A stretch of 59,913 bases of DNA, counting the filler, from Sphacelaria rigidula (lineage: Eukaryota): NCBI GenBank assembly GCA_964200075.2. It is 7 parts of 7 records of this genome, joined end to end, with 100 filler letters (N's around TTAATTAATTAA, not from the genome) between each part and the next. Parts side by side here need not be neighbours in the genome. Positions count along the whole stretch, not along the records: positions 42,870 to 51,341 come from CAXNAA020011027.1; positions 51,442 to 59,913 come from CAXNAA020011028.1; 5 more parts are not named here. The stretch is one strand, 5' to 3'. A program made the position numbers and the translations under genes. The notes beneath the pieces are model-generated. The model worked only from the letters and a program-made list of their open reading frames with translations. It had not been told where the DNA came from and made no database searches. Positions 49,386 through 59,913 of this stretch are shown piece by piece. How positions within the stretch are numbered: position 1 is the stretch's first letter; every line of letters starts with the position of its first letter.

Positions 49386-49732
49386 CGTGTGTGTGTTGTA
49401 ATGTCGTCCAATCCATTCTGGACGCCGGTCTACATCTTTCGGTATATGTGGGCGCACCAGCCGGTGTCATACAGGAGGAAGGTCAACACAGGAGTTTTTT
49501 TTTTTAGTACCCCACCTTCCTTCTGCGGTGCTTTTCTATATATTTTTTTATGGTGAGAGGGGTTCACCGGTCCCTTTCCCTCGTCGGCCGTTGAGTCAAA
49601 TTTCGTGTACCCACGACATAGTCGCTCTCCACTGTTGAGAACGGTGTGAGAAAAAATCCCAGATCGCTCCGAGAGTTGAACCCACAACCCAACACAACCG
49701 TCACAAGGTTTCGAGGTTACCATCTGAGCCAC
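49386..49732 (-). mobile_element. tRNA-derived SINE
   Basis: Reverse complement has a GTGGCTCAGATGG A box, a GGTTCAACTC B box, the shared body and an (AC)n tail. Confidence 0.9.
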
Positions 49733-50862
49733 TATCACTGAGTCATCGGGGAGACCGGCGTGCAGGACGTAAATGCATGTTGTTCTCAAGGGGCGCGCTC
49801 GACATTGCGTGCTGTACCCAACGCCACCCGGGATTCGCGTCCCAACTTGGAGAGATAGATACTTGAACCTCCATCTGCTGCGCTTTTTTATGTGAAAATG
49901 CGTGAACATGCTCTCCAGGTTAGAGAGGTAGCCGCAGCTTTCACCGTCGGAGATATGGAAGCCGTGGGCAGGCTCATGTTGCATAGCCGAAGGTACGTGT
50001 TGTTGCGGCCGTTGATCAGAGAATGCTTCGTGCAAGTGTGGTCCTATAATTTCGCGGCTTACTAATGTTATATTTTATATGTTTGCCCCCCCCCCCCTCC
50101 AGCTTAACTACTCGAAATAGGTGCTCGTTTCTGAACTTTTCTGAGCATTTTTTTGCAATCAAGCGGAATACCTTGCCTCGGAACGAGTTGGCTGCGCCGT
50201 CCGCCAGTTGCACGTTGCACGTTTCCCGTTGTCGAGACGTACGTACCGCCCACTTCGCACCCCCCTTGTTCGAGCAGATTTTTTCCCTGTCCGTCCATCT
50301 AGGGTTGGAATTCGGTGGGTGTTCCTTCTGTGTATCGCAATCGTCACGTATAAACTGGTTCAGAATTTCAGCTTCGGGGTTCCTGTAAATCAGCTGAAGA
50401 TATGCACTGTACCAAGCATGTCCAAAGGACGCCATTTTTGTCTCAGCCAGGAGAGGTCCTTGGTCCATGGAGCAACGTTTGTCTGTTCTTTGCAAGTTTG
50501 TGCGGGTTTGTTGGTCGCGATTCGGTTGGTGAAAAATGATCAGGGGTTCGTTCCCCACTCTATTCAGTATGGAATTCTCATTGGTCACCCAGAGGTCTGA
50601 GATTGTTCCGACACCTGAGCATGCCGCAATGACAACTCGGAAAATACTGTATTGATGGCTGCTTATATGCGGCGACGTATGTAATGTTGTTGACTAATCA
50701 AGGTCCTTGATGTCTGGACTACGCAATGTCTGTGGTGTGTAGATGGGTACGGGCGATGTCTTTGCTCTCGATTGATATATTGAGTTGTGGTACTGGCTAT
50801 CACACTTGAACAGTACGCATGTGCAAAAAAGTAGTTGAACGCAATGATTACCCTCCCCCCCC

Positions 50863-51341
50863 CCTGGCCCGGCGAGAACCCGGCGTGCTCCGTCTCGGCT
50901 TGGTAGGGGCGGATCCCCGATGGGGTTCGCGATGGTTGGCGATGGCGCTATAAAACACGCCACTCACTGCATAAGCTAGGAAACGAGGTTACCGATTTTT
51001 TTGCGCTCTTGCGTTTTTTTGCGGTAACCATGATGGTAGTCGAGGTAGATTATGTTGTGCGGCGTGGGAGAACCTCAACTCGGCACAACGAGAATGATCG
51101 TACTACGTGGTGTTTGAGTGGTGAGACATCGATGAGGCAGTATTTGAGCCGTGGCCGTCTTTGCAAGTGGCGATACCAAAAAATAAAGCAACTCATTTGA
51201 GACTGTCATGCAAATGCAAGATAATCAGTAGGCCTCGGGCCGAGCAACCTTCGCAACATGCAGCTTACCCTTCATGCGACTCGCCGAACACACCACGGCG
51301 CTTCGCGCTCGGTGATTGAGTGCAAGCCTAGTCCGGCGAAA
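50863..51341 (+). repeat. ~560-bp C-run-associated element, near-full-length copy (3' cut by contig end)
   Basis: Begins after a C-run with CCTGGCCCGGCGAGAACCCGGCGTGCTCCGT. The same motif recurs at 51327. Confidence 0.9.
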
Positions 51342-51441
51342 NNNNNNNNNNNNNNNNNNNNNNNNNNNNNNNNNNNNNNNNNNNNTTAATTAATTAANNN
51401 NNNNNNNNNNNNNNNNNNNNNNNNNNNNNNNNNNNNNNNNN
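51342..51441. other. Artificial contig linker
   Basis: 44 N + TTAATTAATTAA + 44 N. Confidence 0.99.
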
Positions 51442-52271
51442 AGTGGGACAATCATCACAACTGTCATGCTCATCATAATGTCCCCCCCCCCCTCAAAAAC
51501 TCTTATTTTTTTCAATCTTGGGGCCTGTGTGCCCAGATTTTGTTCTTCGCTGCCCACTGTGAAAGCCGTTGTGCCTTCGCAGTTGATAGCGGAACGAAGG
51601 AGAACGCCCACTTTCACCACCATGATCACAGCCAGTTTGAAATCAATATAGCCTAACAAGCAAAGTGGGACCTCCATCACAACTGTCATTCTTATCATAA
51701 TGAACAGCTCGCGAAGTAGAAGCGCTTTGCATCGCAATCAGAAGAGATACCTGACGCTACCACGGTATCAGCATTCGCTTCGTTGCGCTGAGTGAAAATT
51801 CGAGTGCTCGGCGGGTACACGCCGTTGCCTTGGTGGCAGTTCCGGTAGACTAGTCCACCTCTAGTACACGTCCAGGTGGATGCGGCTGCAGGGTGATGCA
51901 TGGGGGTTTGGAGTATGACTATGACTGCTTGACAGTATATTATGTGTCTAAGGAGGTTCAGGGTTACTTCCGATAACGAAGACTGTGTTTTGTTGACAGC
52001 ATCTGTCTTGGAGTCTCCAAGCCCTAGTGAGGGAGGAAGCCCTTGGAGCAGTCTTGTAACCTTGCTCTGAGTCCAGGAGGGGTCTTTTTTCAGGAAACCC
52101 GCTGGTTTCTGGCAAAGTCTTTTTTCAGCTGCGGGCAGTCCCTGCAAAAATATTTTTGTATCGTGGTATACAGACAAGGTGTGCAGTCTTGAACGCGAGG
52201 CAGCTCGTTACAGCTCGTTGAACAGAGCGACGGCCACGTTGACTGGAAGCATTGCGTGCAGCTAAGGAAGA

Positions 52272-53050
52272 ATGACAGCGCGCAGGACAGGTGGTAGGGG
52301 CGATGCAGGCGATGAGGTGACGTTTAAGTTTACTGAGCTCATGCCAGGTGGATCGCTAATAGCACCGGAGTACGGACGGTATTTCAGTGAAGATGCCTCC
52401 AGACGTTTTTTTCAAAAGTGTAGGGATTACGAAGAGAGCGTACAACTAAGCAATACGGGGCGCACAGTACAGCCGCTTTATTGACCCCAACAAAACTCGC
52501 GCCTAAGCACATTCGCGCGTGTTTGTCACGTACAATATTTGACGGATCGGTACTCGATGATGAACATCTGAAGGAGACACGAGGCCGACATGCAAAATGT
52601 TGGATTGGTACAGATATCGATCCTTCAATTGCTGCTGCGGGTGTACGGAAGGCGTTGGCCACTCGCAACGAGTCGACTGCCATGGGTAGAATCGAGGGAC
52701 AGTGGGGTGCCCTCGAGGAGGTTGTTGCCGAAAATGCGAGCATCGAGCGTGCGTTCCGCGAGAACGAGACGTTCGAAGCAGGATCCACTCAAACGATTAC
52801 GCGGGAATTGTTCGCCGGCATGTCCCCCCCTGAGTACAAGATGAAAGTGCTCAACATGCTTCACATGAAGGGGGGGTGGAAAGAGGACCCTGGGCTCGTG
52901 TATGGTACGGCTCAGGAAGTAGCATAGGCATGGAAGACGGTAGAAGCGGCTGATAAACAGCGCCGTCATCAGCCGCACCTGAAACAAGAGGGCAGCAGCG
53001 GGGCCTCCGGGTCCAAGCCCGAACCGAATGGAGAAAAAACGGCAACCACT
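52272..53050 (+). pseudogene. Frameshifted intronless ORF, probably decayed retrotransposon gag
   Basis: Overlapping ORFs 52272-52484 and 52481-52927 read as one protein-like sequence with a frameshift and a stop. Retroelement-rich context; no diagnostic motif. Confidence 0.4.
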
Positions 53051-53254
53051 GGCAGTGAGACTGCCAGTTCCGGAGATGTCACGCTCAATCTGTTTTGGAC
53101 CGGCGTGACATTCATCTTTTAAGTGGTTTCACGACACGTTGGCTTCTAGCATAATAAGAGGCCCGTTGATCCTCAGAGCTGTAGACCTGATAAAATGTTC
53201 GTACACAATGGGTAACAGAGATGACTAACCGATTATAGATTTGATAATTTTTCA

Positions 53255-53670
53255 CACTCTGGACAATACAATTAATATATGTATATTACCCGCACAATAT
53301 GTCGACGCGTCGGGTGGTCAAAATATATTGGGCGAGCAATATAATGGCACGAGAGAGGGTCAATATATATTGTGCCATCAATATGTCAAGGCCCGCGACA
53401 TGCAATATGTATCGACCGAACAATATATCACGACATGCGCCACCTCAAAATATATTGGCCGAGTAATATGGTGGTGCGAGAAAACACCAATATATATTTG
53501 TCGAGTAATATATTGGCTGCCATACGAGGTCAATATATATTGATTATTCAATATACTCAACACCCGAGGCGTCTAAATATATTGCCGCCCCGATATGTCG
53601 TGTGTCAATGCGTCCAACATATTGATGGAGCAATATATTTAGATTTTTCAATATGTAGATGGACATTGTA
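53255..53670. repeat. AT-rich array of short (C)AATATAT(T) motifs
   Basis: Motif recurs roughly every 20 bp, separated by variable, GC-richer sequence. Confidence 0.7.
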
Positions 53671-53699
53671 ATGGAATTAGTATGGTGGGTAACTCTATG

Positions 53700-56480
53700 T
53701 TCGCTGACGTTTAGACTTCTGTCACTCAAGATCAGATTGCCATGTGGACTCCTCCCATCACGGGCACATGGACTTCAGCAGCTTCAGTTATTCATTCATT
53801 AACCATCAGCATAGTACAGGAGAACAGGCCATACCCTCTCTCCACAAAAGTAGCAAAACCAAGCCTCACGTCATGGAGGTCACCTACCACAGAGTCCGGC
53901 AATCAGACCCGCAACTCCACCTACACAATGTGGCTAGAGTCTACAGCACCCCCAAAGCTCTCTACTACCAACAAGTAGTTAAATCAGAGCTTGACAAACT
54001 CAGACATCATTGGTGCCTGATAGTACCGTCGTTTCCGCAAAGATTAGCAATCTCTTCCACTGCTTTCGGAAACAGCTCCATACAAGCTTGCCCTACTTCC
54101 GAACAACTCGCAAAAAACCCCGAGATCCAGAACGTTCGTCATAAACATACAATCACGCTACTTGCACCACTTCGAGTTACAAAGCGATAACTAGCGCAAA
54201 ATTTTCAGCAAACCGGAAATAATCGCACATGCCTGCCAAAATTCTACTCAGCATATGAAAATCTGCACATGCAGGCCAATATTTCACTCAGCACATGCAA
54301 TGCCACCTTCCTCGCAGCAAGCACAATGCATCGTCCGTGCTAACCAGATCAGCACAACACACACATGCCAAATATCCACGTGTAGGCCAGAGTTTTACCC
54401 TGCACACGCGATACGATCATACTCACTCAACAAGCATGTTTCATGCGCAAGCATGACCACAAACCACACACTAACAAGCTAAAATCATTCTCAAAACGAT
54501 TCGCGAATACCAGTCATAATGTGTTTCCTCATTCTCAACAAGCACTCAATCACTACAGCACTTACTCCTCAATATCAGCACCACAACAACAAACCCCTCA
54601 GGTAATGCCTTCTTTGTAGTCCTCCAGCAACCCTGTGCACAGCGTGAAGCAGCGTTTCCTCTCGGACACTCCCTCCTTGCATCTATAGTCTAGCTACCGC
54701 TGGCACCCCCATGGTGTAGCTCAACACACCTCTAAAAGTTATAATCACACCGCCAAACCAATACAACAGATTCTCCGCCCCCACAGGTGCTTGCGCATTC
54801 ACGAACGTTCGTTCTTCAGTCGCTTTTACAGAGGAAATAAGAGGCAAAACGGGAACATACATACAATCCCGCACAGCAACACCTCCCGATGGCATCACGC
54901 CATCCTCCTCCAGCACCTGACCGTACAGCGGCAAAGATACAGCAATCAACGCCGCCAAATACGCCAAACCTGTCCATGTAAACAACAGTGCACACGACCA
55001 TCCCAACACCACGCGACGCTCGTCGTCGCCGTCAGAATTGTGATCGCTGACAGTATCACGAGCTTGCAATTCGCTCTGCGCACCCGCTTCACGCGGGTCA
55101 CACGCCCCTATTGTTTCGACCATACAAGGCGTGTCCACAGCTACCCGCTGGTCCGGCGGCAATTCCGCCAACCCGGCATCCTACCTGTCCTTCAAGCAGA
55201 TACCCTTGCGAATCACCTGAACGATCTCCCGCCTTCACTGGCGCAGATAGGTTTCCCATGAGCATGGCAAGTCCCAACCTCACCCTGCTCGCTCGTCATA
55301 CGCGAATCACACCCCCCTACAGCTCCGAGCATGCAAGGCGTATCTCCAGCTACGCGCTGGTCTGGCGGCAATTCCGTCAACCCGGCATCCACCTGTCCTT
55401 CAGGCAGACACCCCTGTAAATCATCTGAACGATCTTCCGCCATGTCACTGGCGCAGATAGATTCACCATGAGCACGGCAAGCTCCAAGCTCACCCTGCTC
55501 GCTCGTCATGCGCGGATGACACCCCCCTGCAGCTTTAAGCATGCGAGGCGTGTCCACAGCTACGCGCTGCTACGGCGGTCATTGGGCCAACCCGGCATCC
55601 ACCTGTCCTTCGAGCAGACACCCGTGCGAATCATCTGAACGATCTCCCGCCATGTCACTGGCGCAGATAGATTCATCATGAGCACGGCAAGCTCCGCTCC
55701 AAGCTCACCCTGCTCGCTTGCGATACGCGAATGACACCACCCTGCGGCTTCGAGCATGCAGGGCGTGTCCACAGCTACACGCTGCTCCGGCGGCAATTCC
55801 GCCAACCCGGCATGCACCTGTCCTTCAAGCAGACACCCCTGCGAATCATCTGAACGATCTCCCGCCATATCACTGGCGCAGATAGATTCATCATGAGCAC
55901 AGTAAGCTCCTAGCTCACCCTGCTCGCTCGCCATACGCGAATGACACCCCCCTGCAGCTTTGAGCATGCAAGGAGTATCTCCAGATACGCGCTGGTCCGG
56001 CGGCAACAAGCAACTGGGATCTCCTCCCACCAGTACTTGCTCATTGGCCCATTTAGGCCCCGCCCTCTCAACATCGCCAACAGCAGCAGCAGTATCATCC
56101 ATGCTCGCTACACAGCCGCCACCTTCTGTCCGGCTTGCTCCTCGGCGGCAATAGCGTCAACGCCTCTAGCACTCTCGTGCCTGTGATACAAACGGAATAG
56201 TGTTGGCCATAGTGGTCGTCCACATGCGTGTCTACTGTGTAAGCCAAGTACGAGAGCGAAACAACAATAGCATTTCGGTCATGCAAGTTACGATGTCTCG
56301 CTAGCTCATGCATGATATGACTTACTTTTACCATTATATATGGTTACACATTTCACCATTCCATTTGGCACAGTTCGATTTTACTATCATGTGAACCTTC
56401 TAGCATCTGCTCACTGCTGGAATCAAACATCTTCCTGTCTTACCGTTACTCTTGAAACAATCGTAAGCTCACAGCATGTG
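53700..56480 (-). mobile_element. Decayed Ty1/Copia-like RT/RNase H remnant containing a tandem array
   Basis: THVDD (YVDD-like) near 56220, and VGAENLLYW...FRGVLSY...AVAR (VGSLLW..TRPDI..AV.AVAR-like) near 54700-54790. Boundaries approximate. Confidence 0.45.
55110..56005. repeat. Tandem repeat, ~210-bp unit, ~4.2 copies
   Basis: AGGCGT(G/A)TC(CA/TC)CAGCTAC recurs at ~55127, 55336, 55546, 55761 and 55971. Confidence 0.95.
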
Positions 56481-56970
56481 GGTAAGTCCAACGTAGAATG
56501 ACACAGGACGAACGTCACGATATGCTTGGTCACAGATTAAGGCCGATTTTTTTTTCTCTTTTTCTCATTGGTGGTGTCGAGACTTCGCACTTCCGAAAAG
56601 GAGTGGACACCAGAGTGCACCCGATTGGGTCGGTCCTCGGAAAGAACCGGATCCAACCAGATGTAAAGAGGCATGTTTATGTATTCCGTCTCTCGACGGA
56701 TTTACATAACGCCTCACCCCTGACTGCGGTACTAGCCAGTTCCCGCAATCAGCCCTCCGGGCGCGTAAGTCGTTTTGAATCGACGGCCCATCATCGTACT
56801 ACCCTTATCCACCACGCCACGCCGCGATCCGTAACACCCACCCTCAGTCCTAGGGTTGAAAAACCCTGGGACTGAACATGGTTCACACGATGGATCGCCG
56901 CGTTACCATGTCCCTCTTCTCGAGTACTCGGCGTCTTGGTGTAGCCGTCGATCTTGAAAATCGTTCTGCT

Positions 56971-57236
56971 GGGTTATACCGCGTAGGGCATTTGAACACC
57001 GTGCAGGAACGATTCTATCCCGCCCAGGGGGGGGGTCCTTGATCTTGTCGACCGCTCTGCCGGGTTAGACCACGTAGGGAATTTGAACACCATACAGAAA
57101 CGATCCCATCCAGTCCGGAGAAGTCCTTGATCTTGTTGACCGCTCTGTCGTGTTAGACCACGTAGGGAATTTAAACACCGTACAGAAACGACCCCATCCA
57201 ATCCGGAGAAGTCCTTGATCGTGTTGACCGCTCTGG
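56971..57236. repeat. Tandem repeat, ~88-91-bp unit, 3 copies
   Basis: G(G/T)GTTA(T/G)ACC(G/A)CGTAGGG starts at 56971, 57062 and 57150. Confidence 0.95.
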
Positions 57237-57249
57237 GCTGCCCGTAAAC

Positions 57250-59913
57250 CGTTTGCGGATCTTGGTACATCGGGGAATCTACCGCGCAATTGAGCCCCTC
57301 TCTGCTCGAGATGGTGTATCGGATGGACGGGGCCTGGTCTGCGGTTGATATAATTTCCACAAGACATGGAAACACGTCCAACTATAACTCAGTGAAACTG
57401 TCCAAATCCTCTCCTCTGAAAGCCAGTGTGGTTCAGCTTCGTCGTGAAACAACCGTTGATATTCTCACACTCACGACGATCCTGGGCCCACCACTGCTTT
57501 CCCATCGGTCAGAGTATATAGTAGAGGTGTGGACGTGATGTCCTCAGCCAACCCTAAGTGTGCCCCCCCGAGCTAGCTAACAGACCTCGCCTAGACCTGA
57601 ATGCTGCAGCTGTTCTGGGTGCACATGAAATTTCTCCACGTTGGCCGCGAATACCGTTCGCTCTTGTACTTCACGCACCTGCATTTTGACCTCAAGATTG
57701 AGACCTGGTATCACCCTCTGCTGCACCGTCCCCGGCCCAGTCTATAATTCATGTACAAATTTGGCCGGTACATCTTCGTTCAGAAGGGAGCCGTCAGACT
57801 CTTTGACTAGCATCATGTCTTATACCTCTTCCCTACGCCGGTGGCTTTGGGTTAACAGCTCATGAGAGTCCTTCAATGTTTGTCGCTGTTGCTCTACCGT
57901 GTTATTCAACGGTAGGGATTCCGCTTCAGATGACACAGTGTCGACTTGGGTGCGAGGCTCGCGCTCAAAAGCAGCATCAATCGCGTTGAGCTATGCGGCA
58001 GTGACTGGTCGGAAGTAGTATGATGAATCCATACAGCAGGATACACATACTCGTCCCCCCATTATAGACACGGCTCACATAGCTCGGCTAAAACGCACTC
58101 CCCCCCAGCGTCACTTCAAAGGAAATAGGGTGTTTCGAGCGTCAAGAACAGTTCCAGCAGACCCTTAACTACGTGCTCAGTAACCTTGGGCTGCTAGTGA
58201 AAGAGCGAAGAGAACTTGGTTGCTCGATCCATAACAACCAACAAGTACTGATTACCAGAAGTAGAAGTCTGCTTTATGCCCGATATGTTCACCCACATCA
58301 TTTCCCAGAACTACAAGAAGCGGGCGGGTCGCACCATTATGGTGCGACTATTAGTACGTTTGCGTCGGCGACATCCACAAGACAGCACGTGTGTGCGAGT
58401 ATCGGCGAAAAGACCGGGACACTCATAGCGTGCGTTGACCACTACAGTCGTTTTCATCACTCCGGCGTACCCATGCGTAGTGTGCACCAACGCGAGCAGG
58501 CCAGGCACCAGACTGCGTGGAATAGCCAACTTACTTGGTGTCCAACTTACCTGGCGCTTTAGGTGAGGTATATCATGGAAGATCATCATTTTGAAACGTA
58601 CGCTTCTTGCCTCTTACCTGTACCTTCGTCCTTTTCTCCAACATGAACCTCTCTCTGATGAGCTCAAGCCGGGAGTCCCGCCCTTGCAGCAAAACTAGTC
58701 GCGGCTTCTTCATCAGAATTGCTCTCGCCTGCTCGAGAACGGTCTGAGGTCTACCTCTACCTGGTATCCGTGGCTCCTCAGGTGGAGCCTCCCCCCCACC
58801 AGGGTCTTGGCCTGACTCCCGCTCTGCCTGTTGAACCGACGAACGAGTTACAGCGGCTCCCCAAGCCTCTGGTAACTCTGCTTCGTCACGAGGCCACATC
58901 GTAGCAAGCGTGCTCAAATCCTCAACCTCACCCTGGATATGAGTCAGGCTAAACAAACCTTCCGCTTCCACGTGATAGAACCGCCTTCATCATCCACGGG
59001 TGAACGAAATTTGCCACAATCTATGGCATGGCGTTGTTATTTACCGACGTGGTGTCTCGTAACAGTCAAGAGCAGTCGCAACTTTCACGAAATCGTCTCT
59101 TTTCAGTTCCACTGCTTCTTCCTACCCACCTGCGTCCGCTCCATGGGGTCTGGATTCCTCGCGCCTTGGTTTTCCCTTCGTCAACTGAGAACGAAATAAT
59201 ATGGGCATCGGATTCTCGGAAGCGTGAATCACCTCGCCCTGTCCTGTCGGCACCAGAAAAATAAATACCTGTCCGCCCTAATTGCTAACCCAACGTGGGG
59301 CAGGCGACGGTGTACGTTTTCACTCGCTGCTTTCACGCTCGCAGTTGTCCTTTCCTCCGACGATCAGCTTTCAAGGCGACTACACAGGTCTGTCTCTTCC
59401 GATACGGTGCGCCCACCTGCACGGCTGATACTGAGGCCTGCTCAGTGAGACCCCCAGCTCCGCTCAACACGGAGCAACGAGCTCGTTCTCATCAGGAGAG
59501 CGCACTATCACAGCAGTTCTCTCCAAGATCAGCGTTGTCACAGAGGTTGGTGAGAGGAATAACTCGACCAACTTTTGACGACACTGGCTGATGCTGACTC
59601 CGGCTCGGCCCATTCGAAGGGTGCAACCCGACTTGTATCCCTTACCAACACTTGTGGTTGCACTTCTTCCACAAGGTTGTGGAAAGAACCGCGCCCCGGA
59701 CTCGTATGTACCAGCCTGACTCCCTCTCCAATCTGATATACTCCAACACAATCCAACGCCTTCCAGTCCGCATCAGCATATCACTTCTACGAACTCTTTG
59801 GCTGCCAAAATACTTCTTCCACCTTCAACTGGAAAAACCCATTCGCTAAATCAATGCTCCTAGAGTACTTGGATTCTGCTAGCCTACTATACATGGTCTA
59901 CATATCCCTCCAG
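57250..59913 (-). mobile_element. Decayed Ty3/Gypsy pol (integrase region)
   Basis: Integrase Zn-binding region LAIPRSLVPGLLALVH..HGYAG...SCGCRRRKR (58311-58540) followed by core GNQYLLVVMDRATKF...SDAGGE. Stops and frameshifts present. Confidence 0.85.

Noticed and set aside
49740-50600. Helitron/PIF1 helicase remnant (ORF 50016-50588)
   Set aside because: Only faint motif echoes across frames; insufficient to call.
53255-57236. CRISPR-like arrays
   Set aside because: The repeats are whole-unit tandem duplications or very short motifs, not constant repeats with unique equal-length spacers. No cas genes; eukaryotic context.

Overview
Eukaryotic genomic DNA, most likely a brown alga (Phaeophyceae). 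This is inferred from GT-AG introns with short exons, a ciliary CEP290-type motif and the repeat families; it was not confirmed by any search. The window is not contiguous. It is seven unrelated contigs of 8472-8475 bp joined by 100-bp artificial linkers (44 N + TTAATTAATTAA + 44 N), so nothing should be read across linkers. Spliced partial genes reconstructed by eye: a CEP290-motif protein (contig 2), exon 1 of acireductone dioxygenase head-to-head with a telomere CST subunit CTC1-like gene (contig 3), a C2-domain protein that may be VPS13-like (contig 4), and a secreted Cys-containing Ig-like-domain protein (contig 5). The rest is decayed Ty3/Gypsy and Ty1/Copia elements, a tRNA-derived SINE family (5 copies), several MITE families including two ~470-bp fold-backs, LINE-type (AATC)n tails, and an abundant ~560-bp unclassified element associated with C-runs (about 10 copies). 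The most notable structure is a ~300-nt hairpin with a perfect 65-bp stem, made by inverted duplication of a dead Gypsy integrase segment. Most ORFs in the supplied track are spurious.
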